DNA from: Podarcis gaigeae | Lineage: Eukaryota | Reading direction: 5' to 3' (one strand) | Length of the DNA stretch: 64,000 bases | Assembly (NCBI GenBank): GCA_964106915.2 | Contig: OZ066922.1 | Part shown: piece after piece, positions 21,401 through 34,046 of the stretch | Numbering within the stretch: position 1 is the first letter of the stretch | How the letters are laid out: each line of letters begins with the position of its first letter | Notes under the pieces: generated by a model | What the model was told of the DNA's origin: nothing | What the model saw: the letters and a program-made list of their open reading frames with translations, nothing else | Databases searched by the model: none | Made by a program: the position numbers and the translations under genes

Positions 21401-24400
21401 CTGAGGCTCTTTTTCAGCACCACAGAGTGTCTGTATTACAGGTAAGATACGAGAAGTGCTAACTGTTTGCTCTGAATGCTGCTTCTGCACAACACTGGAA
21501 TACAATGATGATCAATCAGTACAGTCATTTTGTCTTTTGTGCATTTTTAAATCTCTCAATGAAAATGTGCAGTAACTGTGAAAAATGAGACTGGCATGTT
21601 AAGGATCATTAGGAAAAGGATGGGGGGTGGGGGGGTGGAATGTGCTGTGTTTGTTTTTCCAAGTGTAGCTTCTGTCAGTGTTCCACATGAGCTTTAGACT
21701 CAGTTGACCTGCTTTTATTAAATGAGTAAAAAATAATAATAAAAAAAATAAAAATAATCAGCATATTGCTTCCAAGTAAATATTTTGGATTTGAGCTATA
21801 TGTGTACTTAGGATATATGCAACCTTCGTTTACAGCTTCTTAAAATTTGGACATTGACTCATAGAATAGTCACTGAGTAATTGCAGTTTGCAGAGTTTCT
21901 GCGTAGCGTTGTCTTAGAGAGAAAAGAGGCCACTTGGCCATGGCTTGTCTTCCAGCAGTGAATTAAAGCCCTATCACTCATTGTGAGCATCATGAGACAG
22001 TGTCCAGGTGTCCAAATCTTGAGAACCTAGTCTATATGACCATAGTCCTTAACTAGCAGAACCAGTAATGGGTTCTCAGTAGCCACACAACTGATCCTGC
22101 TGATTTCTCTTTTCATCCAACAGTAATAGTTTCCAAGCAGCACAAAGTACATAGAAAGTTACAGTGCTGACATTCTCACTTAGAGGGGCCCTAAGTCTGC
22201 TGCAGTCTAAATTCTGTCCACAGTGCTTCTTGTTGCTTGTTTCTGCTGTATATGGTAGTACAAGTAACAGAAATAGATTTTGGTGGATGGCAGATACTTA
22301 TCTGGAAACTTATTTTCTATAATGCATAGGCTACACCCACACTTCTGCGCAGATTTGGAGTTCAGCGCATTAAATCAACAGTGTTGTCTGCTGATACGTC
22401 ATTGCGAATCTTAGCTCTCGGTGGAGAAGCATTTCCTGGACTGAATGTGCTAAGAAGCTGGAGAGGACAGGGAAACAAAACACACGTGTTTAATATCTAT
22501 GGTATTACAGAAGTTTCCTGCTGGGCCACATGCTACAAGGTTCCTGAGGAGGTTTTTAGTTCTGATCACCGGTAGGAAATGTCATTCTGTTTTGCTGCCT
22601 GCATGCACACTTTGGTTGATGAATAAATGATAAAAAGCTTAGTAGTACAAATCCTCTGTAGATGGAATGATCTTAGTGGATTTCTGTGGGTGTTTGATAT
22701 GAGAGAGAATTTCAAAGGCAGGCCATTAACATTTGGATAAAGTGACCTTAAAGAAGTAGTCACGTTTTGAATAGTACTTGTGTTGCATTTTTAATCTTAA
22801 GAAATAATTTGCATGAGCTGAAGCATCTGTCAGAAATGGTGGTTGGCGTATTTCTTTTTCCAGAGATGCTTTCTAACATCTACATGATGTTTGAGCTGAG
22901 ATGTCATCAACATGCAGATGAGACATAGTTTTGCAACACTTTTCCACCTAATCCCAGGGAGGCAGTGGGAAATCTGAACAGATGTCTGGGGGCTAGATTG
23001 GGGTACATGACAATGAATAAGTTGAAAATTGAACCAGACAAGTGTCGCGGGTTGGGAAATATGCAACTCTGACTGGTGGTCTGGGACAGAGTTGCATTCC
23101 TCCAAGAGGGCCAAGTACTTAGTTTGGGAGTACTCCTGGATTCTTCACTTTCAATGTTATATTTTAGAACTTCTCTCCCTGTCTCCTACTCCTACATTAC
23201 TTTCCCCTTTTTTCTCCTTGGTTTTAGATTTGATTCCCTTGTACCACTGGGAACCCCACTGTCTGGAACAATAGTTGAAGTCAAAGATGCTAATGGTTCT
23301 GCCGTTGAAGAAGGTGAAGGTCAAGTGTTCATAGGTGATTTTCTATCTAATATTTTTAATTCTAGAGTTCACTACCTGAAGATGTGGTGAAAGCCATGGG
23401 CTTAAATGGTCCTTTAAAAGGATTAGAGAAATCTATCAACAGTTGCTGGTCATGATAGCTACTTTGAACCCCCATATTCAAAGACAGTATGCTGGAGAAG
23501 AGTGAGCAGGCTGTTCCCATCATGCACTGTACGCTGCTGGAGCAAACCAGAGGTACATCTAGACCAGCATTCTATTCTCACCATGGCAAATAAAACCAGT
23601 TGCCTATGGGAAGCCATAAACAGCACTCTCCTGCAAAAAAGTTTCTGACTTCCTGGAGGCATTCTGTTGACCAGCGCTATAAACAAGATGCTGGACTAGG
23701 TGGACTTTTCCTCTGATCCAGCAGGGCTTTTATTTTATTATTAACTGCGTTTAGAACTTCTGGGAACAACCCTGTGATTTTATTTACTGGTGACTTGAAG
23801 CCTTTGAATAACATAGATAGTGGTGCTTGGAAGCAGATCGGCATTTGTTTTAAAAATAGTTTTTTGTCTCCTGTTCTTGTTAGCTGGGCATACTGGAACA
23901 TCCCAATTAAAATGTGGTATTTTTGGTTGTCATTATCCTAAGACAACTTTTTAAAGACAGCATCAGGCAAATGTTAAATAATCAGGCAGGATGTTGCTTT
24001 TGTATCCATTCTAGTCACCTAGTGTAAATGTTTCAGATTTTTAGTATTTGATTTAAAAAAAAACTGTGCCTTCCCCCAGCTGTATGGCATATCTGTTGCT
24101 TTCCCCCCCCTTTTTCTTTGTTACCTCCTCTTTAGCCATCTTTCTGGCTCTTGAGGTCTGCTTGTGGACCACTTTGGTCTGCATGATCTTTTTTTGAACA
24201 GGAGGTGAGGAACGTGTCTGCTTTCTTGATGATGAAGTAACACTACCTAAGGGCACAATGAGAGCAACTGGAGACTTCGTAAGAGTAAAGGATACCGAAA
24301 TGTTATTCTTGGGGCGGAAGGACAATCAAATTAAACGTCATGGCAAGCGCCTCAGTATTGAATACGTACAGCAGGTAATGTCATAAATAACTATCAAAGT

Positions 24401-26739
24401 TCTTAGGTAGACTGAGAGAGCCTGGTCATGATCTTTGTCCTGTTGATCTCAAGTCTGGAGTACTGCAATGAACTCTACATAGAGCTACCCTTGAAGGCTG
24501 TCTGAAATAGGCAACTGGAGCAGCAAGATTGTTGTACAAGATGGAATCGTGACATATTTCCTGGGGATTAGTTCCTTTTGATGGTCTTTCCCCAATTCGT
24601 AATTCATGTGGATACACTGGACAGCAAAATGGGGCAAGAGACTTGATTGAAAGGGTTCTCTCTAGACGAAAGGGTTCCCCAAGATATGCAAGAAAATCCT
24701 GCCTTTAAAAATCTAGACCCCATTCCCATACCAACTCTGGTGGGGAATGAGGGCTGCACATGCATAATACCTTTATTCTGCCTTTGAATGTTGGTAACAG
24801 AGAGTAACATACAGGCACAAACCCTCTGATAGCCATGGCATTGAAGAGGAGCAAGCAGTCTGCTTTCAGAAGGTGGTACATGGCCTTGTACCCACTGAAA
24901 ACTTTCTGCTTGAGCCCTGTGCTTCTTGTGTTACTAGTGGGAAGGCTGTTGTCGTTGTCTTCTCTACTCATCCCTCTCTATTTTTTTGTACATCCGTATT
25001 TGTACTTTTCTGAAATAGTATTGAGTATTCAGCAACTCTTATTTGATTTCTATTGATTCAATACCTTCTTTTCACGGTGTAGAATATTGTTCTACAGAAA
25101 ACTCCCAATAGAAGATGCATTTGGAAGCTCTAAAATTATTCTCTCTGGTTAATAGTGGCCTAGACTCCCCCCACCCCACCCCCGGAATATAGTTATTTCA
25201 GTCATACTGGAAAAATCAAACAATACTAAAAGCCAACAGTATTTATTGACTTTCCATTCACATCATATGATAGGAATTTATGATATGACTATCTCATGAT
25301 TAAAATATTTATATTCATTGCCAGCGTTTTCTCCCCACCTCCCCTGCCTTTCTCTGTAGCTGACAAATAGTTACCTTTCAAGCATTCTGTGTAAGTGGAA
25401 TATTTATAGACTCCTACACGAATAGAAGTTCAATAAAAAGTGCTTATGCATCTCTCATTGTCTAGGTCCAGCAGTGCAATAACACCCACCAAGCTTTTCA
25501 AATTACATATTCTGCTAGTTCTTCAGTGCAATAATTTTTATGGTCACTAAATTAGATTTGAATTATAAAATGAAGAAAGAGTTGAGGAAAATAGAGGCAT
25601 CTGATTTACTTCCATTATATGTTGCTTGTAGTTGTAGTTTTCTGTAATTGTTGCTAGATTAAGCCAGAGTAATCAATTTATTTTTCAGATTGCAGAAGGC
25701 TGCTGTCAAGCAGAAACATGTGCTGTGATATGGTATCAACTGGAAAAATTAATTCTGTTTGTTGTGCCCAAAGGCAATTTAAAAAAAGGAGACATTTTAA
25801 AGAAACTCCAGGAATGTATTCCTAGCCATGCAGCCCCAGATGAGGTCTTGCTGATTGACACTTTACCATTCACATCACATGGTAAGATAAATTATGTTTA
25901 AATAAATGTCCTTAATAATGTATATTAAGCACTCTTCCATTTAAAAAATCAGCTCAAATTGAAAGTATATTTATTTAAAAAAGCATGCAGGACCGATGCA
26001 GTGCAAACATCCACGCATACCAAGTTTTAAAAGTCTGGAAAAAACACACACAAAAAGGTCTAAACATGACAGCAACGATTACATAGAAATCTCACTTGTC
26101 AAGTCTCCTTGGGGAGTCTGTCCTATAATTGCAGTGTAACTTTGCAAGCAGTATACGTATATGTTGTATTTAAGTGTTGTGTAGAAGCCAAATGTGTCCA
26201 ATTCTTTAGAGAATCTCAGCAAAAGCAGAGCCATACTCAGAGCTTTAATTATCCTTTTTCTTGGAGCAACAGACATATAAGAAACAGTTTTGACACTCAG
26301 AACTGGTCTGCCAAACAGATTGAAGGACCAGCTATATATAAAGCTTCACTAAACACATAGAGCTAGCCTGAATTGTGATGGGAGGTGGTCTTTGCACACC
26401 TCCCAAGCTCCCCCTACATACACATCTCCTGCAGCCTCCCCATTATCATCACCACCACCACCACCCCACTCCTCCTCCATCAGGCGTGGAACTGATCTGG
26501 TGGAACGCTCTGTCACAAGAGACTAGGGTCCTGCGGGACTTGACATCTTTCCACAGGGCCTGCAAGACAGAGCTGTTCCACCAGGCCTTTGGCAATCCTC
26601 ACAGAACTCTAGCCCAATGGTTGCCATTAATCTGATTTGAACTGATTTTATAATGAACTGATTTTAGAATATTGTATCATTTTACTGTTGTTAGCCGCTC
26701 TGAGCCCAGCTTTGGCTGGGGAGGGTGGAATATAAATAA

Positions 26740-26775
<36 letters not shown>

Positions 26776-29700
26776 GATTGCATTAGGAAAGAAACTCCCA
26801 TGGGCATTAATGTGAGGTTTTTTCCTAATATTGTTACGCTGGGAGGTGAGAGTTGAGGATTTGTTTACCAAGATCATAAGTGGAAGACTTAAACCTCCAA
26901 CAATGCTGTGCTTCCAGTGACTTTCATTTCCCTTGCATTGCTTCTGAAATTTTGTTTTAAAAATACGCACAGCATGATTGCCAATGTAGGTAACATAATG
27001 TGTACCTCGTCCTTGAGGTCTGCGCCTCTGAGCCTTAGCAAATATGTTGAAATCCTTGCCTTTCATATAATTTTTTAAAAAACCTTTTCTTTTGTACAAA
27101 GGCAAAATGGATGTGTCTGAGCTGAGCAGGATTTACGGCAGCCATTTGAACTCTAGAAGGAGTGACAGTAATCTGAACGAGAATGAATTGTGGGAGAGAT
27201 TGCAGCATTTATGGAAGGTAGTGTTTTAAGCTACATCTGTATCATAGCAATTGAGTTTCCATACATGTTAGGAATGCGGGAGAGGAATATAGTCTAAATA
27301 TTTTTTGGCATGTGCAGCATATACTATAAATCCCTACATTAATTTGGTGTTTTACTACAGCTTTGCAATAATTACGGTATATGGAAACAATTATCCCTCT
27401 CTCCTACTCACCCTCCCAGAAGGCTTAAATGTTGGTAAACAACTGTAGCAAACAGATTGGCTTGCTGCCATCTAATCTATCAAAACCAAAACTTTCAGAA
27501 AACCATTTCCTAAACTAAAAGAACTATATCAGTACTTGCCAACTGGGAGTAAATGGAGCATAGGTGTGTGTGTGTGTATCATTATGTAGTGTTTCCCAAT
27601 ATATTTAGGTTCTAATTTTTATGAGCTGGAGTTGCATACAGATGAACATAATTTTTACCCTGTGTTTCTTAAGATGTGTACACACAGTTTGATTATATTG
27701 TTCTGTTCCAGCAGATGCCTCTGGTTAAGTTCAAGACCCCAGGTTGTTGGCATAAAGTGAGCACAGAGAAAGGGTCTCCTTATTTCAGTGTAAGAGAAAG
27801 GGGACAATAACAATTGCTTCCTTTTCCTTTCATCCCAACAAGTTTTGCCCTGTTTTATAGAAAAAAATCTGGAGTGAGCCAAGATTTTGGGTTGTATCCA
27901 GTGTTACTCATACTGAAATTAATGGGCAGAACTTTATTGTTTTGTACTCTTTTTGTATTGTTTTATGTTTTATTGTTGTAGACCACCTTAATATTGCAGT
28001 ATATAAAAGGCAATATAAACGCTTTTATTAAAATAAATAAATAAATAAAATAAAATTTAAAAAAGGACTCCATTCCTACACGGGCAACCTTTCAGGGGCA
28101 ATGTGCCAGTACTGAACAAAACGAGTAGAAGTGGGCAGAACCATTGGTACAAAATGCTGCCTTCCAGCTGTGCAAAAGCCAAAGGTTTCACGCACCCACA
28201 CCACTCCATCAAGGCAAGCAAAGAGGCATTATCAAAGTCAGAGTGTGTGCATTACATGTTTTGCTTCTTCTTTTCACCCCCTAGGCTGTTCTGAATTTCC
28301 CAGATGAATCCGCAAGCATTTTAAAAGAGTCACGGTTTTTGCACAGTGGCGGGGATTCCTTAAAATCATTACAGTTCCATGATGAAATTGAACATATGGT
28401 AGGCAAGCCTGTCCCTGGCCTCCTGGAAATTATTCTCAGTAGATCCATCGAAGAGGTCTACAGGCATATCTTAAAAACAGTTTTCCCAAGCGAAAACCTG
28501 AAATTAAGCTGTAACAATGCTGTAAAAAGAAAGCTGAGTGAAAGCAGCAAAGAGGAGCCCAGTAAAAAGTATGTGCAGCTAAAACCTGAAAGATCCCCAA
28601 TAGTTGAATCAAATATTGTTGGATTTACTGCCGTGACCCGAGGAAACCGGTTGTTGTCTATGGGTGACCCCTTGAAGAACCACAGTAATACAGAGCAAGC
28701 AGGAGAGAGTAAAGTTTTGCCGAGTGTGCGGGATAAAACAATTGTCAGCAGTGCAAATATGGCAGAAGATGATTCTATACTAAACACTCCTGTACATGAG
28801 AATCTTGGGCAAACGGCTGAAAAGCTAATGTTGCATCTCAGATGGAAGTCGGACCTGGGCAAATGTGTGGATGCATCTCCACTAGTTGTCACCGAAAAAT
28901 TATCTGCCTTTGTGTATATTGGATCACATTCTCACCTGATTCAAGCAATTGACCTATATTCAGGAAAAGTCAAGTGGGAGAGAAACCTTGCAGATCGCAT
29001 TGAGTCGTCCGCCTGCATATCTAGGTGCGGGAACTTCCTTGTTGTTGGTACGTATTTATCGCTTTTCTCTTTCCTTTGGCATTCTAAGCGAGGGGTGGCT
29101 AAGCCTCAGCCTGCAGGTCTTACCTGCCCCCCCCCCCCCAAGCAGTTTTGTTCCTTTTCTCCCTCAAGGCCTTAGCCAATTTGGCAGTGGCAGAAACAAA
29201 ACAAGAAAAGACATGGTGCTGGTTGATCATTTGATCAGCGGGGAGGGGGCAATTACAAACAGATCAGGTGTCCTGTATATTTGTGTACAAGGCGGTGGTG
29301 TGGCTATACCTACTTTTAGCTACACCCATCATTGGCCAAGAGTGAATAAGGTCCATGGGCCAAAAGAGTTTACCCACTGCTCTTCTAATCAAAACTTACA
29401 GTCAGTAACTGAACAACTAGTGATTTTGTAAGACCGCTTCATAGTTCAGTAGCTGATTTAGTTCTTTTTTTCCTAATAAATAAATGTGGGATGTACCATG
29501 GGCTAGTAGTGTTCTCAGCATATGAAAAGCAGTGCCCATCAATGGAGACCAGTTTATAAAGAATGCCACGGGTGTTTTGAATGGACTTCCTGTATTTGAA
29601 TGAACGATAAGCATGTGAGGACTTCAAAAATTCAGTATTTTTGTGGACAGTTAAATAATTCAGTGCCTATCCAAATATATCTGCTTTCTGTGGCTGTGAT

Positions 29701-32700
29701 TATCTGCAGGATGTTATAATGGGTTGGTATATGTCCTCAGAAGGAGTGATGGAGAAACACACTGGACATTTGCAACTGAGGATGCTGTGAAAAGTTCTCC
29801 AGCTGTGGATCCTTCCACAGGAGTAGTCTTCATTGGATCTCATGACCGTCATGTATACGCTTTAGATATTTATGTAAGTAGTCATGAATGTTTGGCCAAT
29901 AAGAAATAATGAAAATGCCTCCTATATCTAATATCTGTATAGCGCAAAGCAAGTCCCTTTGATTTTAGTGGAGCTTCTAGGTAATTTAGAATTGCAGTCT
30001 TAACTGAAGTTAGTAAAATGTAGCTCAAGCTCCGTAAGAAACTGAAAGCTACAAACCGTCAGCTGTTACGGGCTTTTTAAAATCCCAGTTAGTTAGACCT
30101 GCTTTAAATGTGGTCGGCTTATTTGGTGCTTACAACCCTAACATCTTAGCCATTTAAAGTTCTTACCACACCACTATTTCCATAATTGTTACCACTCAAC
30201 AGAATCGGTATGGCATGCAACCCCTCCCCTTTTTAGCTGAACGGTTAGCAGTTATCTGCCTACTGCTGCTGAATGTGTCTAATGCTGTTTATGAGGTAGA
30301 ACTGTGAACCCCATATTTTTGTTCTGAATAGTAATAATGAACTGGTTGCAACTTTGGGTATAAGTATCATCCCAATTAAGCACAAGGATTCTTCCACAGT
30401 GGAACACATGCTAACACTGTACCAATTTGCAGAATTTTGATACCGTGTATTGCACTTTAACATTTAGTTGAGCAATGAAATCATTAACTTGCATTTTGTC
30501 TTTCTGTTATGCTGACAGAAGAAAGAGTGTGTCTGGAAATTACACAGTGAAGCTGGAGCTGTATTTTCCTCTCCTCACCTAAATCTGTTACCACATCACC
30601 TGTATATTGCTACACTTGGAGGGCTGCTGCTAGCTGTAAATCCAGTATGTAACTTTATTGCTCTTTATGGTCCAGAAATAATACAAATGGAGAATTAAGA
30701 ACTCAGGGTGGGGAGAGGTAATAGTAGATGCAACAGCAGTTTGGGAGACAGTGAAATGAGAGAAATAACCCTGAGGAGCCTCCATACTGTTTTGATAATG
30801 CATGCTGTGTTAGCATACACTCAACACAAGAAACACCATCACAAACAGAAATTGTTTGGGAATCAAAAAGCTACTTTTTAAAAAAATTCATTGGCTTAGT
30901 TCAGAACCATTTCTCTTTGTGATTTTTAAGGTGGTGACAAGTTTAACTATGGCCAGTTTCTTCAGCAACATACATTTCTAGTACAGGAGAACCATCCCTA
31001 ATCGCTTAACTTGATTGATGGCATTGCCTTGTTTCAGCTGTACATTCTTCCATTTTATGGCAGAATATGTACCTTGGGGACGGAGAGCTGTGTTAGTTCA
31101 CTTGTTACTGCATTTGTTACTTATACCTCATACTGTTAGTGACAAATTCCAAATGGATTGGAATTAGAAGTAATGAAGTATCTTCATTGTAGGAGCAGCT
31201 ACTCAGATGCTAAAGGAAGAATGTTCTCCCATTTTCCTAGTATCAGATACTTCTATGTCTTTGGCCAGCTGCTTCATTTTCCCATTAGCTGAAGCCATGG
31301 GATGTACTAAAACCATACATTTCACGCATGCATTTTCAGATTACGGGGAACGCAATCTGGAAGAGCTTTTGCGGAAAACCTATCTTCTCATCACCACATT
31401 GCAACAAGGACTGTGTATGTGTAGGATGTGTGGATGGAAATTTATATTGCTTTAGCCACTTCGGAGAAAAGGTAAGCACCTGTCTTTATTATCTTTTCTT
31501 GTTTTCAAAACTTGGATTAGAATTAACTCAATTCACACCTTTTCACAAGTAAGAAGAGTCACACTGGAGCAGAGAAAAGGTCTATCTAGTCCAGCATCCT
31601 GTTTCACACAGGGGCCAGGCATGTCTGCTATTGCCCTCATGTCATTTTTGCACCAGAGTGCATCACATTACAAAGGATTGGGAAGTTTTGGCCCACAAGC
31701 CAAATGTGGTCTCCACCGGTTACTTCCATAGAGCCCACAGCTGGTGCAGGTTAATCACCACCATTGACAAATTCCTCCTTCAGGCAGTGGAGCCCAGTAG
31801 CATTTCTATCAGGAAGAACTTGATACAGTGGGGATCATTGGAATGCCCTTGAAAGCACAATGCAGGCTAGCTTATAGCCTGCCTGATATGCATCTCCAAA
31901 GGTCTTCTCAAGTGGGCTTCCGTCTGAGGATGGAAGCCTTGGAAAGATGAGATCAGCTAGGGGCGCTTGCTGGAAGCTGCTCCATGCTTTTTCTTGAAAG
32001 TTGATGCATGCAGTATCTTCCCGATTAGAGTTGGAAAATTCCAGGCTAGTGAGACAGGACTTACGTTTGCAGAAGCCACGTGATTATTCAAAACCCACGG
32101 TGCAGTCATATACATGTCTACTCAGAGGCAAGTCCCATTGCGTTCAGTGGGGCTTTTTCCAGGTAAATCTGTATAGGATTGCACACTTGATAATGCTTTC
32201 TACCAGTTTACTAGAGCTGATAGTGGTAACCTAACTGGATTATCTTTTCAGTATCTTTCTAGTCCATAAGACTGTTCCGCTTAACCTTTGATTTTAATAC
32301 CTAAATATGTATTTATAAGCGTAATTTATCTCAACATGTGCATTTTGATACTTCTTTGAGCCAAGGACTGTTATAACTTTGAGAAGTCTCTTTACATACA
32401 TGTTGCGTTCGCAAGTGCCGTCTTTGCTGCTTCTAGTCAGTTCAACACTTCCATCTCACCCAAAGGTCAAGTCCTTAGTTCTTGGTTCCAAGACCAACTT
32501 GTTCTAGGACATCTAGAAATTTTGCCTTAGTCATATCTGGAACATGCATCTACCCAGTTTGTGTGAGTTATCCATAGCTACAGCATTTCTTCCTTGACTT
32601 TGCTCTCAACATCACTCTGGGTATTGTGCTTAGTGGGGTGAGAGGATGTCTCTACTACGATTTCATTTTATTTTTGTGGTGGGGGAACTGCTTTTGCTAT

Positions 32701-33517
32701 CAACTGCAGTTCTTGGGAGTATCTATCACTTTTGAGTTTTCTAGTTGGACTCTTGTGACTTCATCTTCAAGCCCTAATTCACACATGCATATGTACTTGG
32801 AGGTGCTTCACTTTAGGTTTCAGTTGAGGACTTGGCAGCGGAATATATGGAATATATGCAAATATGTATGAGGTGATAAGAAAGCTCTGTGTACTGCTTG
32901 AGCTGTGATAGCTGCTTCACTTGAAGCAGCTACTGAATATTTTAATGAATGCATGTGGGTGAAATGAAAAAGGTGAGTCTGCTGGATTAGGCCTCAAATT
33001 GTATAATTTGTAAAGTTATTTGTGAGGAGGTACAAAGGCTGGCACTCATTTGTGGCAGCAGTAAAACATGTGGCTGACACTAATAGAATTTTCAATAACT
33101 TATTTAATTTCTCAATTTCTCACACAGATATGGAAGTTTTCCAGCAATGGACCGATTTTTTCATCGCCATGTATTTCAGATTTTTCCAGCGATATATTTT
33201 TTGGATCCCATGACAACTTTACTTACTGCTGTAGTACGGAAGGTAATTTATTGTGGAAATTTGAAACAACATCAACTGTATATGCAATTCCATTTGTTTT
33301 CCATCATCCTGCCTTACAAGATGAAACACTTCTGGCAGTGGCATCCACAGATGGCAGAATATGGATCTTGAATGCCAAGACTGGCTTTGTACAAGGTGAA
33401 GAGAAGCTTCCAGGAGAAGTGTTCTCATCTCCTGTTGTATGGGGAACAACAATCATTGTAGGCTGTAGAAATAACTATATTTATTGCTTTGATTTATGTG
33501 TTTTTAAAACCAAATAA
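9258..33517 (+). CDS. AASDH: Beta-alanine-activating enzyme / acyl-CoA synthetase family member 4 (NRPS-like A-T-PQQ-repeat protein); 14 coding exons, 3261 nt, 1086 aa
   Basis: Exons 9258-9487, 15165-15285, 16132-16442, 21249-21441, 22330-22571, 23228-23334, 24202-24374, 25689-25881, 27102-27217, 28285-29047, 29710-29873, 30519-30644, 31340-31471, 33128-33517 splice in frame at GT-AG. Motifs HTSGTTGIPK, FDPS, YGITE, ATGD, GRKDNQIKRHGKR, TSHGK, GGDSL, then beta-propeller repeats (W...SSP). Synteny with PPAT and CRACD. Confidence 0.96.
11473..14689 (-). mobile_element. Near full-length Bov-B (RTE-clade) LINE, about 3.2 kb, inactivated
   Basis: APE endonuclease (IGTWNVRT, ILGISE, QVYAPT) plus RT (GVRQGCILSPCLFNLY, YADD), C-terminus ...HGVTKSRTRL and (CAA)n tail; two frameshifts near 13905 and 12470. 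Confidence 0.95.
15165..15285 (+). CDS. AASDH: AASDH exon
   Basis: ILQVPAAYSPIDPDAPPNLSAYFMKKCNFQYVLVEKDRVD; tgctag| ... |gtaagt. Confidence 0.93.
16132..16442 (+). CDS. AASDH: AASDH exon (AMP-binding P-loop)
   Basis: AYILHTSGTTGIPKIVRVPH; tttcag| ... |gtaagt. Confidence 0.95.
16786..16930. repeat. GA-rich minisatellite (GGAGGCGAGG...)
   Basis: Repeating GGAGGCGAGG/GGAGGA units; explains the overlapping low-complexity ORFs. Confidence 0.85.
17614..17735 (+). mobile_element. CR1 LINE 3' fragment inside the hAT element
   Basis: GTGGTGGAGTCTCCTTCTTTGGAGGTCTTTAAGCAGAGGCTTGACAACCAT...GGCAGGGGGTTGGACTCGATG matches the typical CR1 3' end. Confidence 0.75.
21249..21441 (+). CDS. AASDH: AASDH exon
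   Basis: DVFKITPEDTVFMASPLTFDPSVIELF...VSVLQ; ctttag| ... |gtaaga. Confidence 0.93.
22330..22571 (+). CDS. AASDH: AASDH exon
   Basis: ATPTLLRRFG...LALGGEAFP...FNIYGITEVSCWAT; gcatag| ... |gtagga. Confidence 0.93.
23228..23334 (+). CDS. AASDH: AASDH exon
   Basis: FDSLVPLGTPLSGTIVEVKD...GEGQVFIG; ttttag| ... |gtgatt. Confidence 0.92.
24202..24374 (+). CDS. AASDH: AASDH exon
   Basis: GEERVCFLDDE...MRATGDFV...LGRKDNQIKRHGKRL; gaacag| ... |gtaatg. Confidence 0.93.
25689..25881 (+). CDS. AASDH: AASDH exon
   Basis: IAEGCCQAETCAVIWY...PSHAAPDEVLLIDTLPFTSHG; tttcag| ... |gtaaga. Confidence 0.92.
26490..26775 (+). mobile_element. LINE (L2-like) 3' end with (TTA)n microsatellite tail
   Basis: TGGAACGCTCTG...AAGACAGAGCTGTTCCACCAGGCCTT...AGCCGCTCTGAG...ATAAATAAA followed by (TTA)n. 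Confidence 0.55.
27102..27217 (+). CDS. AASDH: AASDH exon
   Basis: (G)KMDVSELSRIY...LWERLQHLWK; AAG acceptor (acaaag|) and |gtagtg donor. Confidence 0.88.
28285..29047 (+). CDS. AASDH: AASDH exon (carrier domain and start of propeller)
   Basis: FLHSGGDSL phosphopantetheine motif (Ser codon 28357-28359); WKSDLGKCVDASP; ccctag| ... |gtacgt. Confidence 0.95.
29090..29382. mobile_element. Old hAT MITE
   Basis: Near-TSD TTCTAAGC / TTCTAATC and degenerate TIRs. Confidence 0.45.
29710..29873 (+). CDS. AASDH: AASDH exon
   Basis: CYNGLVYVL...WTFATEDAVKSSP...IGSHDRHVYALDIY; ctgcag| ... |gtaagt. Confidence 0.93.
30519..30644 (+). CDS. AASDH: AASDH exon
   Basis: KKECVWKLHSEAGAVFSSP...ATLGGLLLAVNP; tgacag| (NAGNAG) ... 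|gtatgt. Confidence 0.9.
31340..31471 (+). CDS. AASDH: AASDH exon
   Basis: ITGNAIWKSFCGKPIFSSP...GCVDGNLYCFSHFGEK; tttcag| ... |gtaagc. Confidence 0.93.
33128..33517 (+). CDS. AASDH: AASDH last coding exon
   Basis: IWKFSSNGPIFSSP...LPGEVFSSPVVWG...GCRNNYIYCFDL...*; acacag| acceptor. Confidence 0.94.
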   Translation: MWKFSSNGPIFSSPCISDFSSDIFFGSHDNFTYCCSTEGNLLWKFETTSTVYAIPFVFHHPALQDETLLAVASTDGRIWILNAKTGFVQGEEKLPGEVFSSPVVWGTTIIVGCRNNYIYCFDLCVFKTK

Positions 33518-33543
33518 GGTGCCTAAAATTTCCCATTTTGGTA

Positions 33544-34021
33544 CCATATTTTTCGCTTTATAGGACGCACCTTGTTTTATAGGGGGAGAACAAGAAAAAA
33601 AATATTCTCCCCCTCTCTGCTCAGTGCCCCTTCAGCGAAGCGGCAGGAGAAACAGAGCCCCTTCCATTTCTCCTCCCGCTTGGCTGAAGGGACACTGCAC
33701 AGCTCTCCCTCTCTGCTGACGCCAGGAGAATCTTGCTCTCCCGGCTTCAGCAAAAGGAACCTGAAGCCTCTGGAACGCAGTGGGAACTTGCGCTGCGCTC
33801 CGAAGGCTTCAGGCAGCTATCCCTGAAGCCTGGAGAGCTAGAGGGGTCGGTGCGCACCAACCCCTCTCCCTCTCCAGACTTCAAGGAAAGCAACGCAAAG
33901 CCTCCGGAGCGCGGAGGGAGCTCTGAAGCCAAGGAGCCTGCATTTGCTCCATAGGACGCACAAACATTTCCCCTTCATTTTTGGAGGGGGAAAAGTGCGT
34001 CCTATAGAGCGAAAAATACAG
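33544..34021. mobile_element. Tc2-like MITE 26 nt after the AASDH stop codon
   Basis: ta|CCATATTTTTCGCTTTATAGGACGCAC ... GTGCGTCCTATAGAGCGAAAAATACAG|ta; related to 62634-63206 in the opposite orientation. Confidence 0.85.
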
Positions 34022-34046
34022 TATTTTTAATTTTGCTTGTACAAAA

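Noticed and set aside
29048-29175. ORF continuation past the large AASDH exon (GTYLSLFSFLWH...)
   Set aside because: Intronic read-through beyond a good donor; similarity resumes only at 29710.
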